The notes beneath the pieces are model-generated. The model saw nothing but the letters and a program-made list of their open reading frames with translations. It searched no databases and was not told the origin of the DNA. Positions 39,944 to 50,656 of a DNA stretch of 64,000 nt are shown here, piece by piece (the first letter of the stretch is position 1; every line of letters begins with the position of its first letter). The stretch is from positions 21,755-85,754 of the forward strand of contig JAFGAR010000070.1 in NCBI GenBank assembly GCA_016933575.1. Reading direction: 5' to 3'. Both the position numbers and the translations under genes were made by a program. This DNA comes from Candidatus Thorarchaeota archaeon (lineage in GTDB: Archaea > Asgardarchaeota > Thorarchaeia > Thorarchaeales > Thorarchaeaceae).

Positions 39944-41245
39944 TTGTATAGATATTTGGTTGGATTAAGAATGCCTTTGACGGATTTTCCTTCAGATCTT
40001 CAAATCAAAGATCCCATTCATGGGTACATAGATCTATCCGATGTGGAACACGCATTGATTGATTTGCCTATTACTCAACGATTGCGTTACATCAAAGGTC
40101 CTGCAGGTCTTTCTCTTGTGTACCCGGGCGCAGATATTGCACTTCTTGGAAGAACGCTCGGTTTTCTTCATATGACTCGGATATTCCTAGAATATCTGGG
40201 CGGAACAATCGAAGAGATTCAGAAAGGGCGACTTGCTTCCTTCTTACTGATGTTGACCAATGGTCCTTGGGCAAATGTCATGGAGGAATATCTATCCATT
40301 CGAGGCGCTAATCCACTAAAACTAACAAAGGCTATTCTAGACAATACTGAAGTTGGAGATGTAATTGAACAATATAGTTTTACAAAAGCCGAAATCTACA
40401 ATGTTCTGGAACATGGTGTTCCGATAAAAGGCCTGCAATTGAACATTAGGGATTGCCCTATAAATGCAGAGCTAATAGACGATCTTGAACGGGACTCTTA
40501 CTTCGCAGGAGTTGATTACGCTCAATTAGAGTTCCATCGTCTCTTCGCCGCAACAAGAATTGCTAAGAACAAGATTGCAGTTGAACGTGGCTCACTGTTT
40601 ACCCTTGAATCATATCTCTCTGCAGCTGTCAATATGTTTGATGCTATCTATTTTCACAAGACAGTTAGAGCTTCAGAACTTATGTTATTACGAGTACTTG
40701 AAGAGGCTGGTTCCCAGTTGTTCCCATTTCCCTTGGATGATACACAGGGCTTCTACAAATTCGATGACCTCTCTTTTCTATATCGACTTCTTAATGTGTC
40801 AGACAACGAGTCTGAGGAGTTCAAAGAAGCAAGTCGTATCTTCTCAGACTTCAATAAACGCTATTTGATTAAACTTGTGAGTGCAAGATCCATCTCCGAT
40901 CCATCTTTCTTAAACAAGTTATCAACACCCGATGGGCTCTTTGCGATAGAGCAAGAGATAGCAGATGATGCGGGTATCGATTCTCGAAATGTGTACCTGG
41001 ATTTTCCAGATAGGATTTCAGTCACCTTCTATCCTGGAAAATTGGATCTTGACGGTCTTGTTCTTTTTGAAAGAGGGTCCAGTGGTTATGAGTTCTGGAA
41101 AGTCAATGATTCAAGTCCAATGGCAAGAAGCTTCACACGGATTTTGAAACCTGTTCGTGTGTATACGACAAGAGGTTATAGATCAAAACTAAAGAAGTCT
41201 GCTGACCGAGTTCTAGAAAGTGTGGATGTGCAAGGCGCAGCCTGA
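39944..41245 (+). CDS. SAMHD1/dNTPase-like HD-domain protein lacking the HD motif
   Basis: IKDPIHGYI, QRLRYI, VYPGA, RDSYFAGV, IYFHKTVRASE; HD position reads LM; likely start ATG 39971. Confidence 0.8.
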   Translation: MYRYLVGLRMPLTDFPSDLQIKDPIHGYIDLSDVEHALIDLPITQRLRYIKGPAGLSLVYPGADIALLGRTLGFLHMTRIFLEYLGGTIEEIQKGRLASFLLMLTNGPWANVMEEYLSIRGANPLKLTKAILDNTEVGDVIEQYSFTKAEIYNVLEHGVPIKGLQLNIRDCPINAELIDDLERDSYFAGVDYAQLEFHRLFAATRIAKNKIAVERGSLFTLESYLSAAVNMFDAIYFHKTVRASELMLLRVLEEAGSQLFPFPLDDTQGFYKFDDLSFLYRLLNVSDNESEEFKEASRIFSDFNKRYLIKLVSARSISDPSFLNKLSTPDGLFAIEQEIADDAGIDSRNVYLDFPDRISVTFYPGKLDLDGLVLFERGSSGYEFWKVNDSSPMARSFTRILKPVRVYTTRGYRSKLKKSADRVLESVDVQGAA

Positions 41246-41366
41246 AAAAAGAGATATCTCAGTACTCCCAAGTTGTTAAAAGATAGCCATCTACAATTCC
41301 CTTAAGAATCAAGAATATCCACCAAGATATAATCAACAGATTAATCCCAGAATCAGGTGCATCATA

Positions 41367-43643
41367 GTGTTCTCTTGCAATAACTGTCGTGAACCCCTGT
41401 TCATTCTAAATGCTGATATTAAGGACCATATATTAACCCTCGAAACCCAATGTCTTAATGGTCACAGGAGCACAAGACGAATTGCAGAGCATCAGATTAA
41501 AGATATGGGATTAGAGGTTTTCAAGAAACTCTTTGTCTGTACCGATTGTGGTTCAAACATGACACTAGTGGATATACCTACTCATGGAATTAGAATCGAA
41601 GGAATCTTCCTATGCCCAAAACACGGAATTCAGAAGCGCGATTTTCCTCGAGAATTCATTTCTACAGTCCAGCTTGCTGCTGCTGAGGTTGATAGTCCTC
41701 GATCCATCATTGACTCATTCAGATGTCCACAGTGTGGTCTTGTCTATGCTATCAGTAACATTGAAGAAAGACGTGGGGTTATCGAAGTTGATGCAAGGTG
41801 TGCAAATGGACATAAGACGGATCTATACCTGCCCGGAAATATTGAATCGACACTGTTAAAGCGAATCCTTCAACGAGTTGTTCACTGCGATAGATGCGGA
41901 CTACCTGGGCATATTGTCAATGTTGAGAAGCGAGGAAATTCTGTTCGTATCTATTCATCATGCCCTGTTCACGGTGTGACTAAGAAAGATATTCCTTCAA
42001 TGTTCATGGACTTATTGAATGAAGCTGTTTCCGAAATACCTGAGGATGCAGTCCTTCGCGCAACATTGACATCACGGGATTGCCGACAGCATCTGGCTAT
42101 CCGTTCTATTGAAGATGACAAATCCGGTTACAAATTGAGGTGTGTATGTCCAGGCACTAACCAAATTACTGATGTAATCCTACCATTGACATGGAATGAG
42201 GCAATCGCAAGTAGGATTACATCTGCAATGTTGACATGTGACGTATGCGGTCATTTGACTCATATCTTGGCTAAACGTAAGACCAGCAAGAAAGTCCAAT
42301 TTCAAATTGTGTGCCCAATTCATGGTGTGATGCAACGTGAAGTCCCGCCTAAGTTGTTTACTATAATCTCCGACCATGAACAGACTCTTGACCGTCTACC
42401 TTCAATTGTCCGAAGTCTCAGTTGCGAGAAATGCAGTATGCCTCTTACTCTCAGGGATGTCGAAGAACGACGCGGTCTGATCGAGTTTGATGTCGAATGT
42501 AGAAATGGACATCGGAGTAAGCGACTCTTCAAGCCAGGTCTTGAATCAGAGACCCTTGTTGATCTCTATAAACGATTCTTCCAATGCCCTGAGTGCTATG
42601 AACAATTAGACCTTGTCTATGTTGAAGCTGGCGGCAGAGAGGATAGAGTTGTTCAACTATGTCCCGTTCATGGCAAATATGTCTTCGATATCCCTCCAGA
42701 TCATGCCGAAGCAATGAAGAAGGCATATAATGAAATTCAGGAAGACAAGACTAAACCTCCAGTTGATGCACCTGAACCTGAAGAATCTAAGACTCTCGAA
42801 GATGCTGCTGAATCCATTGACACATCTGAAATAGGTGTGCAGGTGATGCGAGGTTGTGAGATTGTTGGTGGCAAATTCGACTATAAAGTAAAGATTCTCA
42901 ATAACAGTGGCTACGTAATAACTAACGTGACAGTGAGTATAGTAGCATATCCTGTTGATTGCATGGAATTGGCTGGAGAGAGTGTGAAGACAATCTCCCG
43001 AATCGAGGTTGGTGGTTTTAGAAGCCCTCAATTCACATTCTATCCAACAAAGGATTGTGTTCAAGGAAAGATCGTTGCAACTGTTTCATATATTGACTTC
43101 CTTGACCAACTGCACACGATGAGTGTAGAGCCATATCTGATTCGTTCTGTATGTGATCTATTGACTCCCTTAAAGAAAACATCGGCTGATTTCGATCTTG
43201 TGCTATCAAGTCTTGAGAAGACACAACAGGAACAGACACTCGATTGGAATGCAAAGGTCTTGTTTACTAAAGCAGAGAAGATACTTCCTACAAAGAATTT
43301 TCATGTTATCGATACCGAAGAACATGTAGTTGCTGGGGAATTTATTGGCACTTTGAGAGGGTTTGCAGAGGGGAAGTACACAAAACGTAAGATTGCAGTA
43401 GTGATTATGATATGTGGTCCTGAGAATGGTCGTCATGCGGTTGTCAAGGTTGAAGCTCTAGGTGAAGATGTTTCCATGCTACCAACAACCATTGATGAAT
43501 TGGCTGATACGATGGACTCTTGGGTCTGCCTTCGTTGCGGAGCTCCTCTTGAGACCGATCAGGTTGACGAACTTGGAAAACGGCTCCCTATACGCTGCAA
43601 ATATTGTACTCATACATTAACAATTGCACTCTACCTTCAATGA
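41367..43643 (+). CDS. multi-Cys3His zinc-module protein with adaptin/COP appendage-like domain and C-terminal Zn ribbon
   Basis: 8 modules CxxC-x21-CxNGH / CxxC-x21-CPxHG (module 5 degenerate); beta-sandwich + alpha/beta platform region; CLRC...CKYC. Confidence 0.75.
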   Translation: MFSCNNCREPLFILNADIKDHILTLETQCLNGHRSTRRIAEHQIKDMGLEVFKKLFVCTDCGSNMTLVDIPTHGIRIEGIFLCPKHGIQKRDFPREFISTVQLAAAEVDSPRSIIDSFRCPQCGLVYAISNIEERRGVIEVDARCANGHKTDLYLPGNIESTLLKRILQRVVHCDRCGLPGHIVNVEKRGNSVRIYSSCPVHGVTKKDIPSMFMDLLNEAVSEIPEDAVLRATLTSRDCRQHLAIRSIEDDKSGYKLRCVCPGTNQITDVILPLTWNEAIASRITSAMLTCDVCGHLTHILAKRKTSKKVQFQIVCPIHGVMQREVPPKLFTIISDHEQTLDRLPSIVRSLSCEKCSMPLTLRDVEERRGLIEFDVECRNGHRSKRLFKPGLESETLVDLYKRFFQCPECYEQLDLVYVEAGGREDRVVQLCPVHGKYVFDIPPDHAEAMKKAYNEIQEDKTKPPVDAPEPEESKTLEDAAESIDTSEIGVQVMRGCEIVGGKFDYKVKILNNSGYVITNVTVSIVAYPVDCMELAGESVKTISRIEVGGFRSPQFTFYPTKDCVQGKIVATVSYIDFLDQLHTMSVEPYLIRSVCDLLTPLKKTSADFDLVLSSLEKTQQEQTLDWNAKVLFTKAEKILPTKNFHVIDTEEHVVAGEFIGTLRGFAEGKYTKRKIAVVIMICGPENGRHAVVKVEALGEDVSMLPTTIDELADTMDSWVCLRCGAPLETDQVDELGKRLPIRCKYCTHTLTIALYLQ

Positions 43644-43724
43644 ACTTCATCAAATGCGGAGTACATATTAGGAAGCCAAGAGAATCCCAAATTTGAGTTA
43701 TTGCAATGTGAGGTATCAGCGGAC

Positions 43725-45572
43725 ATGTTCTCCTGTAAGAAGTGTAAGGAACCTTTCTATGTTCTTGGAAGTGAGATGAAAGGGAGTACCGTTCGAATCT
43801 ATTGTCAATGTCTCAATGGTCATAAGGGGAAGCGAGACATCGGAAGATATCAAGCAGATAGTATGGCTCCTGAAATTTTCAAAGGTCTTTACACCTGTGT
43901 AGGATGCGGTTCAGTAATGTCCTTGGTCCATATAGATCTGGGAAGATATGAAGTAGAGTATGAATTTCTTTGCCCTATTCACGGTCCACAGAAAAAGAGA
44001 ATCCCATCATTCTATCATAGTGCAGTGACTGGAATGAAAGAACATATGAATAGCGCAAAATCCATTCTTGACTCTCTCAGTTGCCCCAAATGTGGACAAA
44101 TCTTCTCTGCTCATGAAGTATCCGAGAAGAAAGGAATCATGGAGTTCAAATATCGATGTCCAAATGGTCACAAAGAACTGAGATTTGCTCCAACTGATGC
44201 AGACCCTTCCATTCTAAAGACATTATTCAAACGACTTATCCACTGCGAACAATGTGGTCTTCCCTGTCAGTTATTGGAAATCAATACAAAAGGTGAAACT
44301 GCAAAAGTAGAGATCTCATGTCCTGCACATGGAAAGATGAAGAAAGAAATGCCTTCAAAGCATGCATGGATGCTTGATAAAATAGCAGAAGCCGTGTCTG
44401 AAGGAACAATTGCACGTTCAATGTTGAACTGCACTCAATGCAAAGGCGGCTTATCAATAAAGAGTATAGATCTTGAGAAGGACAAATACAAGCTAAAGTG
44501 TAGTTGCCCCAATGGTCATTCCTCGGAACTCAGTCAACCCACAGATCTTGACGAAGAGGCTATCGATGTGATTGTTAGAGGTATCATGAAGTGTAATGAT
44601 TGCGACCTCCTAACTGAGATTGTCAACAAAAAAGTAAGCGGGAATACTATCGAACTTGAATTGGTGTGTCATGTTCATGGACTAATGCACAAACAGATGA
44701 AACCTGACATTTTCAAACATCTGGAAAGCAGAGAACCCCGACTTGATCGCAAGGGCACTATTGAGGAGAGTCTAAAATGCACAAAGTGTTCTGCACCTGT
44801 AACCATCCGTGATACCAAGATGAAAGAACATTACGTGGAGTTAAAGGTCGATTGTCGCAATGGCCATGGAAGTGAGAGATATCTCTCAAATACTGCTTAC
44901 TCTGATTCTCTCTCAAGAATATACATGCAACTATATGAGTGTCACAAGTGCCATAATCCACTTGATCTACATCATATAGAAGAATTGACTGACAGTGCAG
45001 ATGTCAACCTTCTCTGTGAACAACATGGTGAGTCGAGGATTATTATCCCTCTTGCACATGCTACTGAGGCTCGAGATGCCTTCCTCTTGACCAAGTCTCT
45101 TGAAGATCTACAACAAATGTTGGATACAAAGCTCCAGACCCAACATGCTTGTGAGTATCAACTTGAGTCGGATGCTGATCCCGTTGAGATGTTAGAGATA
45201 GTCAAGAATGTCATCGAACAGCACAACGTTCTCTTTGTTTCAGAAAACACTGATGCAAAAGGAGCTGTGGAAGCATGGTACTATGGGAAAGCTCTTGCTG
45301 GGGATGAGTTCATCGTAGTTGGAGCCGTTTCAAAAGAGAATCGAACCATACGAATATCGGTGGCTAGTGATAATGAATCAAAACTTGAATTAATGCTTTC
45401 TGAGATGCGAGACAATCTGCGCGAGATACTTCTTAGGGTCCAGAAGCAATCTGATGATATCACTCCACGAAAGATTGCTTGTCCACAATGTGGCGTTGGT
45501 CTTGCTAAGAGGGCTTTACCCGGAGAAACAATAAAGTGTGAGCACTGTGGTACTCCACTACACTGGGGTTAA
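43725..45572 (+). CDS. multi-Cys3His zinc-module paralog with platform-like domain and C-terminal Zn ribbon
   Basis: same 8 alternating modules; start MFSC at 43725 with GAGGT upstream; CPQC...CEHC. Confidence 0.75.
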   Translation: MFSCKKCKEPFYVLGSEMKGSTVRIYCQCLNGHKGKRDIGRYQADSMAPEIFKGLYTCVGCGSVMSLVHIDLGRYEVEYEFLCPIHGPQKKRIPSFYHSAVTGMKEHMNSAKSILDSLSCPKCGQIFSAHEVSEKKGIMEFKYRCPNGHKELRFAPTDADPSILKTLFKRLIHCEQCGLPCQLLEINTKGETAKVEISCPAHGKMKKEMPSKHAWMLDKIAEAVSEGTIARSMLNCTQCKGGLSIKSIDLEKDKYKLKCSCPNGHSSELSQPTDLDEEAIDVIVRGIMKCNDCDLLTEIVNKKVSGNTIELELVCHVHGLMHKQMKPDIFKHLESREPRLDRKGTIEESLKCTKCSAPVTIRDTKMKEHYVELKVDCRNGHGSERYLSNTAYSDSLSRIYMQLYECHKCHNPLDLHHIEELTDSADVNLLCEQHGESRIIIPLAHATEARDAFLLTKSLEDLQQMLDTKLQTQHACEYQLESDADPVEMLEIVKNVIEQHNVLFVSENTDAKGAVEAWYYGKALAGDEFIVVGAVSKENRTIRISVASDNESKLELMLSEMRDNLREILLRVQKQSDDITPRKIACPQCGVGLAKRALPGETIKCEHCGTPLHWG

Positions 45573-45585
45573 ATCAGAGGTCCTT

Positions 45586-46194
45586 TCATTCGCCTGTCCA
45601 GACAGCAGCTGATTCTCTATGAGAACTGATATGCGAAAGAATCCTATCAATCACTGAATCAACCAAATCCTCAATTGTCTTAGGCAGATGCCAGAATGCG
45701 GGACTAGCAGGTATCACTATTGCACCAGCAGATGTGACCTTCTCCATATTCTGGATATGAATCAGATTGAGAGGCATCTCTCTTGGTACAATGATTAACT
45801 TTCTACGTTCCTTAAGCGCACAATCAGCTGCTCGTGCAATTAGATTGTCTGCATAGCCATGGGCAATTCCAGCCAATGTCTTCATTGAACAAGGAATAAC
45901 CACTACTGCATCAAGATGAAAGCTTCCACTTGCAGGTCCTGCAGTCAATTCATCTTCGGAGTACACCTTATCGACTTCATCTGCAAGTGCCTCTGCATCT
46001 ATCCCCATCTCATACTTGAGTGTTTCCGCACCCCATCTGCTTACAACAAGATGTACTTCATGCCCAGCTGTTTTCAGAGCTCTAAGTAACCTGACTCCAT
46101 AGATTGTGCCGCTTGCGCCTGTGATTCCAATGAAGATGCGTTTCTTATTCAATGAAATACCCTCTCGTTCTTCAATAATTCCATATCTGTACAT
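45586..46194 (-). CDS. ubiX: flavin prenyltransferase UbiX
   Basis: GITGASG.IYG, ASGSF, PCSMKTLAGIAHG.ADNLI.RAAD..LKERR, PREMP; true start probably near 46152. Confidence 0.93.
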   Translation of the reverse strand: MYRYGIIEEREGISLNKKRIFIGITGASGTIYGVRLLRALKTAGHEVHLVVSRWGAETLKYEMGIDAEALADEVDKVYSEDELTAGPASGSFHLDAVVVIPCSMKTLAGIAHGYADNLIARAADCALKERRKLIIVPREMPLNLIHIQNMEKVTSAGAIVIPASPAFWHLPKTIEDLVDSVIDRILSHISSHRESAAVWTGE

Positions 46195-46226
46195 ATACTT
46201 CTATCGAAACATGCTATTAGTAATGC

Positions 46227-48221
46227 CTACAATAGAAACGCAAGGAGAAACGCTGCTAAGAGCGATCCAATGCCAACTCGGATTCCAACTCGCTTCGCTA
46301 TACCCGCAGCCTCTGCAATATCCTGAGTCAGAACATCGAAACCTTGCTCGCCAAGTGTATTGAGATTGTTTACTTTTCCAAAACCAAGACCTACTTCTAC
46401 AGGTCTCATACTTTCTCTTGCTTTAACTGATGCAACAATGATATGCTCTAGGATCTCTTGCGGTTTGTTTCTTCCCACAGGGGGATATCCTCTACTTGAG
46501 AGAGAAATAGCATTCACAACATGCGTATCTGTTGTTACAATCTCCGCACTATCATAACCTTGTGCTCTTAGTATACTGATTACTTGTTCTCTAAATCCGG
46601 GTTCCATGTTATTTCCATCAATCGCTACTAGAGCAAACTTCTGATTATCATATTTGAGTGCAATGGCAGTCACTCCTCCTGGTCCTATTCCTTCCTTTGG
46701 ATTGATATCTTCAGGAAAGATCTGGAAGATGCCCATCTCCACAGGAGTCCTTGGTTCGTTCAGAGTTGAGAAGACTGCACTAGATACAGTACCTACGAAT
46801 TCTTTTGCAGCAGGATCTCCGGGCACGACTGACACTGCATCGTCGTTGATACAATTGTGTGCATCAACAATCGCAGTACCTTGTATCTCAGGAATGCGTT
46901 TGCGAATCATATTAGCAGCATCATAGCCAACTTCAAGCGCAATATCGTCCGTAAATTCCGGAGCACTTGTTGTAATCGTTAGAACATCTCTACCAACAAA
47001 CATAGTCCACACCTTGAACTTGCCACCATCTGTCCAATGCGGTCCTGACATCTCTGTAAAGACAGAAGTCTCCTCTATCAATCTATCAATCTCGTCGAGA
47101 ACCTTGGAGTAGTCATCCTTTGATGTCAGATTCTGTTGATGTGTACATGTTCCATGCATCACAAAAGACGGTATCCTATGCTTCTCCATGATATGCTCCA
47201 TGATTACGGAAGGTAGGTCACTACTACCAACATCTCTGAATGGTCCAGGGTGTATATATTGGATAACTCCACAAGCTAGTAACTTTGATTGGTCATTAAC
47301 ATCCCTAAACACAATGATCTCCATTGGTACATCTTGCTGAGTTGATATCTTTGTCAATATTGTATCAATAGGTATTGGATCGCCAGCTAGATAGTCGTAT
47401 CCAAAAGCCTGCAGAAGTTTCGGACCACTAATTCCAAGATCTCTCTCGAATGGAATACTTACTGATCTGTAGATATAGTGAACCGCTAGGATTGAGATTG
47501 TAACGATTATTGGAAGTGAGATATACCAATACATGGACAATTCAGGCACAGCAGGATCTAGTGGACTTAGGATAAATTCAGAAGTTAACCAGAATATTAG
47601 AGGAATCGATGTTCCTATGAAATTGCGCATTTCACCATGGTCACTTAATGCATTTACCAGAAATGAATACATCAGGAACCCTAAACTTGCTCCCATCATC
47701 CAGAATCTAATCTCATAGAACTGTATTGCCATGATTGAATCTACAACAACACCAATTATTCCCATGACAAACCAGATGAGGTTACCAAACATGACAGATC
47801 CAGCTGTTCTTCTTGCATCCAGAGGACTGCCCTTACTTGCAAGTATGAGATACATTACCCCTGTTCCTAGAAAGGTTGGAATTCCAAGAACAATTACATA
47901 GAGAATTAGGGTCCAGAGTGGTTCTGCGGCAAGCCCGTTCATCATTTTGAAGATAGTCGCTAGACTTGAGAAAAAGAGAACCTCAATTCCCATTATTCCT
48001 AGAATCCCTTGAAAGGAAGGTAACTGCCATATCTTCTCAAACAAACGGACGGTTTCCTTGACTTTTGCCTTTTCTCCCAATGGAACAGCCTCGTCGTGTT
48101 TCTGAGTTCCCAGAGTTGGACTTCTTATCAAACTTGTCTTTAGCCATATTACACAGGATAGTCTGTTGTCTGGACAAGAAGATTTATATCGGATACGATA
48201 TCGCATTCGATAATCGAACAC
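46227..48221 (-). CDS. DUF2070 family membrane protein
   Basis: N-terminal TMs, IHPGPFRDVGSS, HGTCTH, VDAHN, DGNNM, TTDTH motifs; true start probably TTG near 48080. Confidence 0.85.
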   Translation of the reverse strand: MFDYRMRYRIRYKSSCPDNRLSCVIWLKTSLIRSPTLGTQKHDEAVPLGEKAKVKETVRLFEKIWQLPSFQGILGIMGIEVLFFSSLATIFKMMNGLAAEPLWTLILYVIVLGIPTFLGTGVMYLILASKGSPLDARRTAGSVMFGNLIWFVMGIIGVVVDSIMAIQFYEIRFWMMGASLGFLMYSFLVNALSDHGEMRNFIGTSIPLIFWLTSEFILSPLDPAVPELSMYWYISLPIIVTISILAVHYIYRSVSIPFERDLGISGPKLLQAFGYDYLAGDPIPIDTILTKISTQQDVPMEIIVFRDVNDQSKLLACGVIQYIHPGPFRDVGSSDLPSVIMEHIMEKHRIPSFVMHGTCTHQQNLTSKDDYSKVLDEIDRLIEETSVFTEMSGPHWTDGGKFKVWTMFVGRDVLTITTSAPEFTDDIALEVGYDAANMIRKRIPEIQGTAIVDAHNCINDDAVSVVPGDPAAKEFVGTVSSAVFSTLNEPRTPVEMGIFQIFPEDINPKEGIGPGGVTAIALKYDNQKFALVAIDGNNMEPGFREQVISILRAQGYDSAEIVTTDTHVVNAISLSSRGYPPVGRNKPQEILEHIIVASVKARESMRPVEVGLGFGKVNNLNTLGEQGFDVLTQDIAEAAGIAKRVGIRVGIGSLLAAFLLAFLL

Positions 48222-48228
48222 GAAAATA

Positions 48229-48786
48229 TTGGAGTGTAGGATTATGACTAATGAGCCCTCTGAAAAAGGCTGCGAACATCTCAGTATGCCTCAATCAATA
48301 CCAAGAGGACTTCTTCGTCATATCATCCCCAGACTGTTACGGGCAAAGGAGATGACAGGCACTGATATTATGCAACGCCTAAGAGACCTCTCAGATGGGG
48401 ATTGGAATCCGAGTCCGGGTACTATCTATCCATTACTCTCGTCTCTCGAAGATGATGGTATTATTGAAGCAGCTTCAATGGAAGGTCGGAGTAAGACGTA
48501 CCGTCTCACAGAATCCGGTATGAACCAGATGATTTCTTTTATCAAACATCAACGTGGATCCGTTGGGGAAAAGACCCGCTTGGGACCACGACTTTGGGAG
48601 CAACTTCTTGATCCTGATGAGCGCATCCATTTCCATATGCATGGAATGACGCACTCTATGGAGTCTTTCGAATCTGTGTTAACATCACTTGACAAAAGAC
48701 AACAACAACGATTACTCAAATTCCTTGAAGAGATAGCAACAAGAATGCATTCAATCATTGATAAACTACTAACTGGAGTCACATAG
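48229..48786 (+). CDS. PadR family transcriptional regulator
   Basis: RGLLR, W.PSPGTIYPLL..LE..G.I, K.YRLTESG. Confidence 0.92.
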   Translation: MECRIMTNEPSEKGCEHLSMPQSIPRGLLRHIIPRLLRAKEMTGTDIMQRLRDLSDGDWNPSPGTIYPLLSSLEDDGIIEAASMEGRSKTYRLTESGMNQMISFIKHQRGSVGEKTRLGPRLWEQLLDPDERIHFHMHGMTHSMESFESVLTSLDKRQQQRLLKFLEEIATRMHSIIDKLLTGVT

Positions 48787-48787
48787 A

Positions 48788-50656
48788 ATGGCTAGAAACA
48801 ATGGCGGCGAAACGATAAGAAAATCTCCTTGGAGATACATGCTCAGCGGAATGACACGAAACAAAGCAATCGCAAGCATAGGGCTGTTTCTCGTGATGAT
48901 CTCTACAATACTGACTGTTTTTCCATCCGTCTTCATTGGTCTTGCGGTGACTGAGATTCTAACGACTGCAACATTGACAGCTCAGTTCACATATTATGTA
49001 TGGCTTATTGTCATCTTTGCACTAGCATACATGGGTCTCTATTTTGTAGGTGGGTATGTTTGGGCAACACTTACTCTACGATGGGAACGAGATGCCCGAC
49101 AGGACTTCTTTGAAGCCTTACAAGTCTATAGTATGACCTTCCATGATGAGTTTGATAGTAAACGGTTACTCTCCGTAGCTATGCAAGATATATTCTGGGT
49201 TCGATTCTCACTCAATCCAGCAATGAGAAATATTGCTACCGGTCTTAGCTCATTTTTCATCACCTCGATTCTTCTTATACAAATTGACTTTCTACCAGGT
49301 CTCAATTCTCTGATAACCCTTCAACTTAGTGGATTCACATTTCCAATCTATGGATTTTCAATTATCATGATTGTTGGATTTCCAATTTACCTATTCTTTT
49401 CTTATCGCTATGCTAATACAATCGAGCCTGTGAGAAGAAAACGTGCAGAAAATATGGAATCATTAACTGCAGTAACACAAGGTGTCTTTCAAGGTATTGA
49501 AGTTGTTAGAGCATTTGATGCTGAGGACATTGAGGTGAAAAAATTCCATGAGGTTAGCAAAATTCAGGAAGAATTAACGGCAAAGGAAGGAAAACTGTCT
49601 GCCTTTTACTTGCCTGCACTCATCTTAGCAGGAATGACTACAATTGCTCTCGCATATGCTGGTTATGCAGTCATCAATGGAATCTTGGACCCTGGACAGA
49701 TGATTACTATTCTTGGACTACTTACATCACTCCAAGGACTCAATTTCCAGTTCCCTGCAATGTTATTGATGTTAAGAGGAGGCTATGTTAATGCTCAGCG
49801 TGTTGTAGAATTATTGAATTGGAATGATCCCATGTTTGAGCCAGAGGATGAAGTATTCAATGTAAATTGGACCAACGATATTATCTTTGATAATGTGAGT
49901 TTCAAATACGGACGCGAAGAGAATGGAAATCCTCACTACGCGCTCAGAGACCTATCCATCACCATTCCTGGTGGTTCACGTGTTGCCCTTATTGGCGGAC
50001 CTGGCGCAGGAAAGAGTACATTTCTCAAACTCCTGCTTCGTTTATACGATCCAACCTCTGGTGAAATTCGGGTTGGTGGAGTGAATCTTCGAAACATATC
50101 TACAAAAGCTGTGAGAGATGTTGTAGGACTTGTTGAACAGGACATCTTTCTCTTTAGAATGACTGTCCGAGATAATATTGCCTTTGGTAGATCTGATGCA
50201 TCTTATGATGAGATAGTAAAAGCTGCAAGACGTGCTCAAGCTGATGAATTCATTGTGCAACTGCCTGATGGTTATGATACGATGATTGGCGAGAGAGGAA
50301 TGACATTAAGTGGTGGCCAACGACAACGACTAGCTATAGCCCGTGCAATCATTCAGGATCCCAAGATATTGTTATTGGATGACTCTGTGAGTGCAGTTGA
50401 TGCTCAGACTGAATATCTAATGCGAAAGGCGCTAGATGAAGTGATGCGGGATCGAACGAGTATTACTGTGACTCAACGATTACGAACACTGATGGAGGCA
50501 GACATCGTAATTATTCTTGACAAAGGTGGTCTTATCGCAACAGGAACACATGACGAATTACTCAGAGACTCAGAGCAATACCGCCGTGTCTTCGAGCGGC
50601 TCCCTGGTGCTCAAGAGTTACTTGCTACAGTCTCTCAGAGTGGAGGTGCTCCATAA
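48788..50656 (+). CDS. ABC exporter half-transporter (TMD+NBD, degenerate site)
   Basis: GGPGAGKST, LSGGQRQR, LLLDDSVSAVD (E to D), TQR (H to Q). Confidence 0.93.
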   Translation: MARNNGGETIRKSPWRYMLSGMTRNKAIASIGLFLVMISTILTVFPSVFIGLAVTEILTTATLTAQFTYYVWLIVIFALAYMGLYFVGGYVWATLTLRWERDARQDFFEALQVYSMTFHDEFDSKRLLSVAMQDIFWVRFSLNPAMRNIATGLSSFFITSILLIQIDFLPGLNSLITLQLSGFTFPIYGFSIIMIVGFPIYLFFSYRYANTIEPVRRKRAENMESLTAVTQGVFQGIEVVRAFDAEDIEVKKFHEVSKIQEELTAKEGKLSAFYLPALILAGMTTIALAYAGYAVINGILDPGQMITILGLLTSLQGLNFQFPAMLLMLRGGYVNAQRVVELLNWNDPMFEPEDEVFNVNWTNDIIFDNVSFKYGREENGNPHYALRDLSITIPGGSRVALIGGPGAGKSTFLKLLLRLYDPTSGEIRVGGVNLRNISTKAVRDVVGLVEQDIFLFRMTVRDNIAFGRSDASYDEIVKAARRAQADEFIVQLPDGYDTMIGERGMTLSGGQRQRLAIARAIIQDPKILLLDDSVSAVDAQTEYLMRKALDEVMRDRTSITVTQRLRTLMEADIVIILDKGGLIATGTHDELLRDSEQYRRVFERLPGAQELLATVSQSGGAP

